Below, one piece after another: positions 10,421-22,977 of a stretch of DNA of 64,000 nt. The number at the start of each line of letters is the position of its first letter. The first letter of the stretch is position 1. The DNA is taken from the NCBI GenBank assembly GCA_905178155.1, contig CAJINV010000019.1, positions 254,475 through 318,474 of the forward strand, in the 5' to 3' direction. The DNA comes from Amoebophrya sp. A120 (lineage: Eukaryota > Protista > Dinoflagellata). The position numbers and the translations under genes are program-made. Under the pieces are notes generated by a model that was not told where the DNA came from, did no database searches, and saw nothing but the letters and a program-made list of their open reading frames with translations.

Positions 10421-13400
10421 TTAGAAAATGGCGAAAGCTGACGCCAGGGCGCTTTTGATAGTACCAGAAGTAGAAGTATTTGTGATGCTGCTGCTCTTCG
10501 TCTCTTTGGCGTTTAAATCTAGTAGCGCAGGATTTGAATTTGCGTTGCTTTGCAGTGCTTCCCGGTCCTCCATTTCAATATCAGGACCGCCCCACTGAGC
10601 CACTTCATGATCGTGGCTGTGACTCCTCGTTAGATTCAGCGCCGCTGTTCTATCTGCTCTGTCCTGTCTCCGGCAAATGTCGCGGTGTCGCGGCGCGCGG
10701 TCGCCGCGTTCTTGGAGGTCTGATGTGTAGTCTTCATCTTCTTCGTCTTGCGAAAATAAATCCTCTCCGAACGCGAGAAAAATGTCGCTGACAACTTGAT
10801 GTTGATTGTTGTTGGTGTCCTCCGTAGTTGAGAGCTGCTGCTGCAACATGCTGCCACGACCTGTCGGTCCGTCTCCCCGTCTACTATTCGCAATCGTGTT
10901 CGTCTCGTCAAGGAATAAAACTTTTCCCTCCCGCCAATCCAAATACTTCTTCCAGTCCACCATCACTCTGGACAAGCCGCCGTGTGGGGAACGGGAGTAG
11001 GACTCGACGAATTTATTCGTGGTCATACTTGATGTGGCTACGGTACTGCAAGATGAAATCAACGGTGCTGGTGCACGACTCTCGCTGCTATACAACTCGA
11101 GTTTCGCCCTGGCGATGCGCCACGGCTCGCCGTTATTACAGGGAATGTACTGCAGCACATTGGACCAATTCTGGTATTTCAGGTACAGGTTGTGCTCGAA
11201 GACTAAATTGTTGAACTCCCAAGCGTCTTCGAGTAAATTCACGTGGCGGTAGACTACTTGAAGCTGCTGTTGCGGTGAAGTAGGAGTTGAAATTGTTGAT
11301 GTTGTTGAACTACAAGTCGCACTACAAGCAACATCGCGAAACCGAACCGCATGGAGCAACTGGAGGAAGGCAAGGGAGTAGGATTTGTGTTGCAGAACAT
11401 CGTTGACTACAGATGTCGTGGCTGCAGTGGTCTGCAACTGCATGACAGACTTGTTCTCATCATAGAGTACGGCAGGAGTGCTCCTGGCTGCACAACAACT
11501 GGGACTTGGAAAAGATGTTGTCCAGCCCTCGGTGCAGAGACGGGTCTGGTACAGACTGGAACCGGCACCTTCGCTCGTCATTGCCGTCAGTGGCAACAGC
11601 TCCTGCAACAGGTCCAGAATTCTCTCCTCCAGAAGGACCATTTGATCATTCAACATCTCTTCACCGCTCGTAGTAGTTTGTTGTCGTGCCTTCAAAAACG
11701 CCACCGTCTCCTCGAGTGCGTCGGTGAAGGGAGTAAAAGTTGTAGTTGATGACGAAGTGATATCGTAGTTCGACGTCGTCCCATTTTGAATAACATCAAC
11801 ATCAACATCAACCTCGTCCTTGTTTCCTATCTTTCCGCCGAGCCGCGCGCAAAACTCGTTCCGAATCGCGACTTTCAACAATTCTTTCTATTACAGTGAA
11901 AAATGTCCCCACTCCCAAAGTTGCAATAGTTCGTGATGCGAGGTTTCCAAAGGAAAACTTTTTGTCATGCATGTAAAGGAATAATGAATCTTCGTGATGC
12001 AGAATCTATGCGTATTATATAGCATTGCTTGCATGGCAAGCGGCACTCTTGCTGGGATCTTTTGCAATGCAAATTTTTGCTATTCATGCTGGGAAATCTG
12101 TGATGCTGATAGATGCAAGAGGGCGAGTGTTTCACTTGGAAAGGTTTGCAATACAAATGCTCCCAAGTTCGGGGGTGGGGGCATTTTTCATTGTAATACT
12201 TTCGGGTCAAAATCGACGAAAAAGACCACCGGTTGGTTCTATCCAAGAAAAAAACTGTGTTAGTGTAACTTTCTTTGGTTGACAGCATCACAAATTTGCT
12301 CCACATGACAGAGAAAGCCTGTCATGCGCGGCTTGTAAGGGAAAACACACGTGAAAAGAGGACTTCATGGCTGTCTGGCATGACAGGTGTAACTCTGATG
12401 CATGTTCTGCATTACAGAGTTACACTTACACAGTTTTTTTCTTGCATAGGTTCACGTAGAAGAGCAGCAGCGGCGCCCAGGACTGGCCCACGGTGAGGAA
12501 GCAGGGAGTTCTTGGAGGGCGGGGACGAAGAACTTTATCTGGTAGTCGTGGATGATCGTTCTCTTCTAGTACAGCGGCGCTGTCGGCGACTACTGGTTGG
12601 TTGGTAAAAATGTCCATGTCGTGGTCAAGGGCATAATGCTCCTGCTCGTTAGTTGCAGCCTTGGCGCAAGAGCCGTCGAAGAATAAGCAGAGCGTTTGCA
12701 ACATTTTATTGTCCATGTCGTCGTAATAGTCCTGGCACAACGCCGGTAGCAACCCCAGATCCAACTCGTTATTGCAACTTCCAGAGACGGTCTCGAACCG
12801 CTGAAACTTGGTGAGTTTCTGCTCCAGCCTGGCGCGGTCAAATTTCTCGGCAATCCTACTGCTCGTGGCGAACTGCAGCTCGTGCTCGTGGGGAGGACCA
12901 CCGTCCAATGCAACGGGTTCTGCAGGACGTCGGGCCGAGGTTACTTCTTGGTGCACGTCGACATTAACCTGTTGGTGAATCAGTTCGGATTCTTCCTCCT
13001 CAACCTGTCGCTTCTTCCTCGACAGCGCTCCTCCACCTGGTGCGGTCGTACGGCTGGGGACGCGTTCGCGTTGTGGTTGTCGTTGCTCCGCTGCGTGAAA
13101 GTGGTCCATGGCGGAATATAGCATGCGATACTTGTTGTTGTTATTTTTCACGGGCTGGCGGCCATACCGATCATCTTCACTAGTACCGAAGACCTGCACG
13201 TCCCAGTAGCGGCACAGAGAGGAGGCGCCGCTCCTTCGATGAGCATTGTCCTTTTGTCGTTGTTGTAACAGCAGCTTCTGCACCCGGATATGCCAGAAGT
13301 TCGCTTCCGTGCCAGAAGTATCGTCGACGTTGACCACCGGACATGAAACCGAGGGCGAGGCGTTTTCTTGTAGTTCCCCTTCCAGAGTCCTGGTCTGCTC

Positions 13401-14274
13401 AGCGCTGGAAGCGGCAGTGCCAGAACGTCGCGCACGACGTGTCGAATGAAAATCATAAATCCGGACTTCCACAACGCGTATCCTCGTGTATTCCCGGGTC
13501 TGATTTGCGAGTTCGAAATTTTGCAAGTTTTCCACGTGCTTCACCGAGGGGTGAAACGCAAATTGCAAGTCGCCATACTCCCAAGAGAACCCCTCGAGGA
13601 GGAGGGCGATGTCTTCGTGAACGGAGGAAATAGAAATCTGCTCGGCCGCGGCTTCTGCGGGAGATGTTGTTGTTGACCAAGAGCTGCCCTGCGTGTCGTG
13701 CGGCAATGAACTGGTGGCGCTTTTCGCTCCACCCCGTCGGTCACCCTTCAACAGAAATGTCCGCGTTACTACTGGAACTTGTACATCACGATCAGCAAAG
13801 GATTTCGATTCGTTTTTGTTCCCTTCTCGTGCAATTACATATCCAAGAAAAAAACTGTGTTAGTGTAACTTTCTTTGGTTGGCAGCATCACAAATTTGCT
13901 CTACATGACAGAGAAAACCTGTGATGCGCGTCTTGTAAGGGAAAACACACATGAAAAGAGGACTTCATGGTTGTCTGGCATGACAGGCGTGACTCTGGTG
14001 CATGTTCTGCATTACAGGGTTACACTTACACAGTTTTTTTCTTCCATATTACATCGGGCAAGTTCAATTTCGTGAACTCCAAAATGTCCGGTCCGGGGTA
14101 CGGAACAGGAAGTTGATCTTGATGTTCTGCATTTTTGAGTTTGGAAATATAATCGTGGTCCTCGAGGTCGTTTTGGTTTTCCCCCCTTATTTGCAAAAGT
14201 TGCTGCTCCTCAATTTTCCGCAACTCCGAGAAGAAATTGTGGAGGTGAGCGTTGTGCTGTTTGCTTGTCGTCAT
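10421..14274 (-). CDS. Hypothetical protein (~1000 aa, low-complexity rich)
   Basis: ORFs 14026..14274, 12426..13751 and 10421..11881 join through introners D2, D1 and K1 (…FYVN-QPVVFFVDFDPK-ELLKVAIRN…). An inferred 40-nt GT-AG intron near 13746-13785 is also needed. Confidence 0.7.
11889..12198. mobile_element. Introner K1 (F-like, TIR TATTACA(G/A)TGAAAAATG(T/C)CCCCAC)
   Basis: TSD CTTTC, frame restored. Confidence 0.9.
12240..12448. mobile_element. Introner D1 (family D, TIR TATCCAAGAAAAAAACTGTGT..GTGTAACT)
   Basis: TSD GGTTC, frame restored. Confidence 0.92.
13840..14048. mobile_element. Introner D2
   Basis: TSD TTACA; close copy of D1. Confidence 0.92.
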
Positions 14275-15169
14275 GTTTGTTAGCTACTGTTACTAGTCCT
14301 CGGTGCTACTTAATGTCTTCTGTTCTATCTCGGTACCACATGTCGGTGCCGGTTTCTAATTCTTTGGTGATGAGTGATCATGCAGCTACTGCGATGCATG
14401 CACAGGGGAAGTCAAACCTTCTATCTAGTGCTCTGAAAGACTTTCCGTGTCTTTTTGTATAAAAAAGCGGTAGAAAAGCTTTTGTAAAACGTGAGGTTCT
14501 CACAGGAAATTTACGATATCGGTTAAGTATCGGGGATGAGTTTTTACGAGTCAGTGACTGGTGCAAGAAGTGGTCAAGAGCTATGATTATGAATTGGGAT
14601 TTTCCACCGTGCTGTACCGAGAAGTTCAAGTTGTCGTGCGAAAAAAGCCTAATAAAACCGAAGGGAAGTTTTCTTTTATTTGCAGCACAGGAGTTGTAGC
14701 AAAATGCACGACCGTGACCGATTTGTGAGCGCAAAAACATTCACCGAAAGAAGCAAGCAGGCGACAAAAGACGAAAGCGAAACAAAAGCAGTACTTCACC
14801 ACCGAACGATGACGATACAGAAAAAAACTCACGAGGACCGAAGCCAAGTTTCGGGCAACTACGAGTGTTGCGATTAAACCGAAGCGGTAAAAAAGTTGCA
14901 AAAAAAAGGCAATCACGCAGCAAGTCGGTGTGTCCGAATAAAAAAGAATGACATGAGCAGGAGCTCTATTCAAAACGATCTGGAGGACAGCGCTCGTCGT
15001 CCGGCGCTCGCGCTTGTTAATAAAAATACTAGAGACCACGCGAACAACAAGGTTATGAAGCGGTACTCTCGCTTTTCTTCGTCCGCGGAACAATCGACTG
15101 GGCAAACTCCAGAAAAAATCAGATCAACATGAAAATGATCCTATGTCTATCGCGTTTCATATACTGAAA

Positions 15170-18100
15170 TCACAAATTCGACGCCCAGTTTTGGAAGTCG
15201 GCTCCGAACTTGTAGAGCGGGTTCATTGCTTTGCTTCTGTTCCTATTCGCCACGTCAGCGTCGCCGCCGCCCCCTGAGCTAGAAGTGTTGAACATGGAAC
15301 CTCTCGTGGTCCCGCTATTGACGCCCAGCATATGAAGACCACCCCCGCCGGTAATTTTATTTCGGTTATGGCGTTCTCAAATGTTACATTCTCAACTGTT
15401 ACATGATTTGTCATGCAAAATGACCATGATCCGCAAGACGATCAAGCTGCCTCGCATGACAAATCATCGAATGGCTAAACAGCATCTACATCCGTGCCAA
15501 ATTTGTGATGCAAGACTTGCAAGCTTTCCCCTTTCCCTATTGCTGTTTTTGCATAACAAATTCATGCAACAGTTGAGAATGTAACATTTGAGAACGCCAT
15601 ATCGGTTTCTCAAATCGTCGACCCAGGCGTTTACGAGCGCAAATCCGGGAAAAAAAACCGGGTGGTGCTCGTAGAGCAGAGTCATTCCGCTCCGATCCGC
15701 GTTTAAGCCGCCGCTCACCATCCCCGCAATCCCTGGCAGTTTCGCGTTTTTGACCAAACCCAAGTCGAGAAGCTTCTCGAAGCTGGTTCTGTAGTCCAAC
15801 ACGTTGTAAAACTCGTCCTTGATGTCCATATATTGTGAGGAAAAATCCCCCCTCTCCATATCGAAAAGGAAATTTGCGATGCTGATCTGTGGCCACAAAT
15901 CAGCTTTGTGCTGCGTACAAGGCAGACGGCACCCATGTGGCGCATTGTGCAGCCAGTCTGTCATGCGTTTTCGCCTATGTTAGACTTGTTATTCATGCGC
16001 AGCTGCTAGCCGGGTGCGGACCCAAATGGGCTTCGAATAGGAATATGCCGACAAGCTCTTGCTGCAATACATTTGTGTACACAAATCCAGCAACACAAGT
16101 TGTCTGTTGCGCATGGGGTGGGGGATTTTTTCACTTTGATACCATGCGCTGGAAGTTGACGGACGAAGATTTGTGCCCGAGAAAGACCGACCGCCCGGTG
16201 TGCACGTTCCCGACCTCGGCGAGATTAGTGTTGCGGTTCTTAAAGTTTTCGATCTCGTCCTTGATCTCGGTCCAGGTCTTGCGGATCTCTGCGTTGGCCG
16301 TTTGCTGCTTGCGTTTCCACAGCTTGTGCAGTGCGACCAAAACGACACAGTCGAACTCCGTCAGCGACGCGGCGAAGGAAGTGGACGGGTCCTGATAAGG
16401 TTTTTGGAATGATGAAAGACTCTCTTGAAGAAACAATATCTGATGTCACATAGATTGATACAGTGCAGTACATCAAGACACGATGAAAGAAACCAAGCAG
16501 GACATCACAGCAGAGCACGATCCTACCCGGACCGCCTCCGACCAGCACGAGAACACGAACAAAAAAGCAAAAGACATAATTGAGAAGCACTACACATGAT
16601 GGGAAGTACTTACCCCTAGCATCCATCTTTTTCCCCCGTGGTCAGAGAAAACTAGTTCGTCTCGCGCAGCTTCCCCAGTATACCAATAATCTTTCGTTAA
16701 GTGCATCAGGAACCAGCGCAGCGGCGCGGCGTCGCAGATCGCCCGTTGCCAGCACTTCGACTGCCCGTAACATTTTAACAGAATGCCACAGTTTGCCATC
16801 CATTCCACAGCCATGTTTTTCGCGATCATGTCACTGACCCCCGTCTGCCGAATGAGGTGCGGTGTCAGATCCGGCGGAACTTGCAAATGCGCACGTAGGA
16901 TCGCGATGATGCGCTGCATGTCCAAGGCTTGCGGATGTTGATGTGCTAATTGTTCTTGTTGGAGCGCACCACCAACGGCCGGTGCTGCAAGTTTTTCTTC
17001 CGCTTTTGAACTACCCGCAGGACTCCCCTTCGGGGATGGTGTTGCTCCTGCTGCAGCAGTTTTACTGTTCGGATCCTTATCCGGCAACACCAGCGGACTG
17101 CACGCGTCCGACACCACTAGCGTTTTCAGTTCCAGCCGGCTCAGCGCGCGCTTGTTCATGCGACTGAAGACCGCCGGGTCGCAGCAGCCCCCGACGATGA
17201 AAAAGTGGAATTCTTTGTTTTGCGTCATCAGGTCGAAGACGGAGTAGAGGAGTCGGTCGGTTCCGCCGAGAAGAAGATTTTCGAATTGCTCTACGACAAA
17301 CACGACGGAGTAGCCCCGCTTGGTGTAGAACTGGAGCCACTCGTATGACAGTGCACAACTCCCCCTCCCCCTCATTTGTCATGCAAAATACACAATCCGC
17401 TACTTTCATCTTGGCACTGTTTGCATGACAAGTTCTGGTAGCCCAAATAGAACTACACTCCTCCAGCGCAGCAAATTTGTCATGCAAAACCGGCACACTT
17501 GCTGATGCTTGTATTGCCGTTCATGCTATACAAATGAGGGGGAGACGAGGGTGGAGTTGTGCACTGTCATAACTCGCAGAGCCACTGCATGCGGTGGGAG
17601 TTATCGTCCGCCGTGATTTATCCTGTGCAAAAGCCTCGCATTCGTATTGCAGTCATGCATTACAAATCTTCTTCTCCAAGGTAAATCCGCATTACAAATT
17701 TTATTTCTCATGCTGAGGAAATTTGTAATGCATTTCTTATACGAGTACGATACTTTTGCAGTTCGTATGATTTGTTCGTGTTCGCCCAGCTGGTGAATGA
17801 TGGTCTTAAACAGCTGCTGGTCGTCCGAGAGCGTTTTTGGGAGGTACACGGGCTTGATAATGTTCGTCGCAGCGGCGGAAGTTGTAGTAGTAGGTGGGTT
17901 TACATTGCCGAGGACTGCGGAGCCGGGGACAACAGCGGAGCTACTGGAAGAAGCAGATGGAGCTTGTCCTGGCCGCTGCAGATCTACAAGAACTTCTCTG
18001 CTTTTACTCCCTGGAACAACAAGTTGCTGCGAAGACGACGCTGCGGTCGTCCCTCCTCCTGCTGCCACAACAACGCGGGACCCGGGAGTAAAAGCCCTCG

Positions 18101-20713
18101 CTACACCGCCACCAGGGGTGCGATTAGTATTGTTCCTGGTTGTAGTAGTTCTTACCGGTGTGATCGTCCGCTGCTTCATGCTGTTCTGTTGACCGGCAGA
18201 GGGTCCTCCGTCAGCGCCAGCGTTTTGCCCAGTGACACGATCATGAAGTTCTAGGCCGTCTTTTTTCTCCAGCATCTGCACTGGTGTGTGCAAGCGCTGG
18301 AGCCGCTGGCGCTTCCGCGGCATCGCGCTGTCCGGGGTGCCAACTTTAATCTGCCGCTTCGCCGACAAAGGAGCTCCCATTTATGAATTGCACAAGTATC
18401 GCACTCGTATCAATGCATTACAAATTTGCTCAGCATGGAAAATGAAATTTGTAATGCTGATTTGCCTTAAGACCAAGAGAGAGATTTGTAATGCATGAAG
18501 ATTGCAATTACTACGAGTGCGATACTGTTGCACAGGATACCATCTGCTGGCTGCCGATGTTCGTTCCGCCCGGACTTGGCAAAACATCTCCGCCCACCGC
18601 TCCCGCCGTTGAACTACTACAATATGGAGGACCATTGTGAATTTGCGCGTTCTATGGATTGCAAAAATGTCTGGGTCCTCTGGAAGGTTGGAACCTGTGA
18701 TGCTAACTTTGGACTCTAAAAAATTCTGTATTGCATGACCAGCAAGAGGAGTCCGGTTTGTGCTACGCGTGGAGGGCATTTGTCATGCGGAATAGGCATC
18801 AGGAAGGCGTCTAAAAATCTGTGATGCTAGGGCTTCCATGACAGACATTCTGTGTCATGCAAAAACAGCATAACAAATTTCGGACTCTTCCAGACCCTCA
18901 ATGGGACGAGCCCGAGCAAACATATTCGGTAATTGCGCGATAAAAAGTACGTAATTTTGTATCGGGCAGCTGATTTGGCCAGCGAAAAGAAAAAAACGCG
19001 GCAGCCCAAAGGTTAAGGCCCGGGTAGGGCGTCATAAATTGGCGAGGCAGATCACCTCCTGAGGGCCCATGCGTCTTACTATCCTGCGCAATGGATTGAA
19101 AATAAAAGAGGCCACATAACCGCTGAACCGGCTTCCCAAGCCCCACAGCCACTTGCTTACTTGCTGAGCTAGCTCGCGACCGGTGCTGGTTGAGAAGCTC
19201 AAGCCCCAGATTGGGCCCTCGTACCTTTTGTTCGTCCCGATGTTTTGAATAGGCAAAACCCCGGCGTTTTTTCCGGAAAAAATGAATAAAAAAGGGCCCG
19301 AAAAAAAGTGTAATTCTTAGTGTAATTTTTTTTTGAAAATCCGTAATTTGTCGGTGTAATTAATTTTTTCAACTACGGGCAATTTTTGGGGTGCCCGAAA
19401 CCCGTTGAAATCCTTTGAAAATTAATTACGCGCAAATTACGGACAAATTACGGACAATTGAAAAACAAATTACGAGCTAATCAAAAATTGCTGAATTTTT
19501 CAAATTGCGCTTTTTTCAAAGCAGATGCTTCCCTGTGAAATATTCAAAATCGCGCATACCCCAAAGCCATGAAGAGGATCTTCCGTCACCGGCCATGCTG
19601 CGCACCGCGCGCCCACGTTACAGAATTTCCGGCCTCTGTGCGAGCAAAGCCATGGCATTTGAGAATGAAGCCCGTGACATTCTACACGCGATCCCTAGCC
19701 CCCTCTGCAGTGCGATCCGAGTGCTTTTCTTGATTCGTCTGCAGCTTATGCGCCACGACTTGGCGCCTCGAAATAGAACGCCGCCTGAGGTGAGGCGAGG
19801 CCGAGTCTCCGTCCGGCAATCTTTTACAGGGGGGGCGGCCGCTCTAGACTCAGGGCGGGATTCAATTTACGGCGAAATTAGCGAACTTTTAATGGATTTA
19901 TTTGCTCGGGCGTGTCCTACTGAAGACCCAGACATTTTTACATTTGATACGTTCCTCCTCGCGCTCATGGCCGCGTTAATCGCTGGCGTTTGTCCCGCAG
20001 CCTGCACACCACCATATGGATTACAAATCTGTCTGGGTCTGGAAACTTGTCTTGCTAAAAGTGAATGGTAGACGCACCACAGTACGCAGCTATGCATGAC
20101 AATTTTTTTGGCTCCCATGTCTTACGTATTCCGCATGGCAAACTGCGTTTTGGCATGACAGGTAAGAGGGCCTTTTCGTGCCTATGCAACACAGATTCTC
20201 GAGTCATGCCAGACAAGCATGACAAACTTGCATTCTTCCAGACCCAGACATTTTTGCATTTGGTACACCACCTCCACCCGCAACTACGGCGTTCTGCCGC
20301 CAGCTGGGCTCCAGTTTTCGCAGGCACGTCCGCACAATCGCTTTCTTCCCGGAGTTCGGCGGGCCGAGGATGCAGAAAACGCAGTTGTTTTTGTTCACCA
20401 TCGTATCTGTCAAAGCTTCTTCGAGCTCGTTGGCAATTTGCGAGGCAGGGAGCTGCAACTGTACGTCCCGGTTGCCGAGAAAGCGATCCTTGATTACGGT
20501 CTGCATCAATTTCGCCAACTTGTGATTCTGCTTTTTCTTCCAGTAATCCTTGCACTCCTGTGGAAGGTGCACCTGGTACTCGCTGTCATGCACTAACACG
20601 CTGCTGGAACTGGAGGAATTATTATAACCTCCACCCTGGTAGTTGTTATTTTTCGCCGACGCGGCACCCATGCGCGCCAGGGCACCCTTGCTGATCATAC
20701 CGGAGGACGACAT
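15170..20713 (-). CDS. ORC4: Origin recognition complex subunit 4-like AAA+ protein
   Basis: Walker A ILGPPNSGK; VVFVVEQFE…RLLYSVFDL…FSRMNKRALSRLE (cf. ORC4 IFILDEFD…TLLYNLFD…LEKRVKSRFS); C-terminal winged helix SLTEFDCVVLVAL…SFEKLLDLGLV…FQNWAS*. Seven introners and one GT-AG intron (16392-16613); every join checked is in frame. Confidence 0.85.
15367..15601. mobile_element. Introner E1 (family E, TIR TATGGCGTTCTCAAATGTTACATTCTCAACTGTT)
   Basis: TSD TCGGT, frame restored. Confidence 0.92.
15831..16141. mobile_element. Introner F1 (family F, TIR TAT......GAAAAATCCCCC)
   Basis: TSD CCATA/CCATG, frame restored. Confidence 0.88.
17344..17571. mobile_element. Introner C2
   Basis: TSD ACTCG, frame restored. 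Confidence 0.92.
17619..17767. mobile_element. Introner A2 (family A, TIR TATCCTGTGCAAAAGTATCGCACTCGT)
   Basis: TSD TGATT, right end GTA, frame restored. Confidence 0.9.
18382..18539. mobile_element. Introner A3
   Basis: TSD CCATT/CCATC, frame restored. Confidence 0.9.
18653..19949. mobile_element. Introner B2, enlarged by a nested insertion
   Basis: TSD CGTTC at both ends; frame restored across 1.3 kb. Confidence 0.9.
18898..19923. mobile_element. Nested 1026-bp non-autonomous TIR element (TCA...TGA, 6-bp TSD)
   Basis: Left TCAATGGGACGAGCCCGAGCAAA; right end reverse-complemented TCAGTAGGACACGCCCGAGCAAA; TSD AGACCC; inserted in the B2 right TIR. Confidence 0.85.
20015..20265. mobile_element. 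Introner B3
   Basis: TSD CACCA, frame restored. Confidence 0.92.
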
Positions 20714-21933
20714 CTTTTCGGATTTTTTTTACTGTGTCATGCAGTCGCTTTAAAGAGCACGAAGGATCTTCGACGATGCCCAAGGAAAGTGAGACATCAA
20801 AGGCATTTCAGCTCGGTGCGGAAACTACTAGCTTTCTCGAATAGGTTCTACATAGAAGAACTAGAAGGGATTGGGTAGTGTCCATGTTTTCCATCACATC
20901 AAGAAGCAGAAATACATCGTTGTGGACCATCATACTGTAGTTTCTCAGCAATTAAGGACGGCCACGGAACCCGGTGGGAAAAGATGCTCTTTTTATCAAT
21001 TTGAAAACTTCTTCGAAACCAAATTTCAACAACTCTCATATTCAACATGCTGATGCAGCGACAACAGGAGCCATTTTTTCAAAGCTAAGACTTGCAGCAA
21101 GAACGGAAGGAGCACTTTTTGTTTTTTGTGTATCGGCTCGTTCTTGGCCTTCTCGAAGTGCAGAGAGACCGAGGCGACGAGTAGGAATAATTGACCCGAA
21201 CAGAACAACAATGAAGTTTCTTTCATGGTATAAAGCCCACATCAATATCATCATGTTGTCTGAGGATTCTCTTCTCACCATCCAAAATAGGCAAAGGCAA
21301 AAATGCGTACATGTAGCTGTAGGATCAACAACTTCAATTATTGTACAAACATGATCAACATCAAGTGGCATGCTGTGCGAGAAAAGCTTTGAGCAGCTTC
21401 ATCGTCGACTTCAAAATGGCACTTGTTTTATGAAAATTTCATCTTACAGAAAAAGCGAGAGCCGCAAACGTTCCCTGAACTTAGGTCATACACGAACATG
21501 TGAACAAGAATGTGAAGGTAAGTAGAATGTGAAAATTTAATCTGCACGACGAATGTGAAAGATAATTCCGTGAAAATGTCTCGTGAAAAAGGTGTGCTGA
21601 AGCTTCTTGAAAGAAAAAAAATCATCGGCCGCTTAAAGTCGTAGGCGCACCCCCGGACACCAAGGAATTTGATGCCAAGTCCTGACCCAGCGCTCCTTGG
21701 CCCAGCTGCACCCATTCCTGCCACCACGCGGCCCAGGGTTGCGCAAAGGGCATGTGCTGCGCAATCTCGTCGTCAGCTGGGGCGCCGATTTGAATGGCGT
21801 TGTACATGTATCGTTCACGTAGGTAGCGCCAGTACCTGGAGTCATGTGCATGTCAAGAACATCCTGAGCCTCCAGAAGTCGTGCAGATGAATTTAAGTAT
21901 TATATGCGAGATAAGTAAATACAGGCCATCAGG

Positions 21934-22911
21934 TATGGCGTCGTCAAACTTGTATTTGCCTCAAGCTGTAAAAAATTTTCCGCGCGCCTTTTTTTGTATT
22001 TGATATCCATCACGTTGCACACGTAGAGCCCCCCACTATGTTGCACACCTAATGAACTAGGTAGCTTATTCGCAGCGCTTCTCAGTGGCTAAAGACGGAG
22101 CTATACGGCGCTGCTGCTCCACGGACTTGCCTCGGAGCGCCCCTGCAGCCTGGAGGTGCTGCAGCAGGTCCTCTTGCAGTCCAGCCGCTAGACAATGGGC
22201 CTCAATCTGTGCAACTCGGTCGGAGCCGAGGGCGCAAACGGAACCGGCCACGGCTGCGCCTCCCCTTGTTTCTAATGTCGCGCAGCTGTGCGCGCGTGTA
22301 CCGGCAGGCGCGCGCGCTTTTTGCCTTTGCGGCTTTTTCGTTAAAATGCGAAAAGCCCGAGAGCCTTTCGGGAAGGGTTCCCAGAGGGGTTCCGGGACCC
22401 CTTTTGGGGAGGGGTAGCACCATCGTGATTCGAAGAAAAAGCAATAGGCTTTTTTTTAGGGTTCCGCGCTCCCCTCCGGCTCCCCCTTTTTGGAAGGGCT
22501 CCGGAAAGGCCTTCGCGGGCAACATATGTGCGTGGTGCCCGCTGGAGACGACGAGGCCAGGGCCTGTGTAGACATCTCGCGGGGCGTTTCCAGCCTCACA
22601 CGCTGACCCAGGCCATAGCGGCAAATAGCTGCACGGAGAGAGCAATCCGGAAAACGGAGCAAAATATTGCGCGCGCCTGGCGTTTTCTAGGTGAAAACAT
22701 CAGCCACAGAAGAACCCCCAGCGCCCCGCCCCCCTTCGCGTCAATGCTCACTTACCTACTAGAGCACTGCTGCTGACAAGCTCGGTAAAACCAACCGCGT
22801 TCAAGTCAGCCCCTCACTAGCGTGCACAGGTTTACTAGCTTTGCGCGGCGAAAAAATGAGCGCAGAAATTTTTTTACGGTCTGAGGCAAATACAACGTTG
22901 GCGACCCCATA
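21934..22911. mobile_element. 978-bp intergenic TIR element with TAT...ATA ends and 5-bp TSD
   Basis: ~50-bp imperfect TIR TATGG(C/G)GTCG(T/C)CAA..TTGTATTTGCCTCA..GTAAAAAA.TTT..GCGC; TSD TCAGG; internal GC-rich inverted repeat ~22356-22520. Confidence 0.88.
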
Positions 22912-22977
22912 TCAGGCATGAACTGCAACTACTGCAACAGAACAGAAAAAGATTTTCGTGCTTAATACAAAAAGACA

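Noticed and set aside
18898-22911. Autonomous transposase in the two ~1-kb elements (ORFs 19505..20071, 22202..22645)
   Set aside because: No DDE or recombinase motifs are recognisable, and 19505..20071 crosses the element boundary. I found no transposase anywhere in the window.
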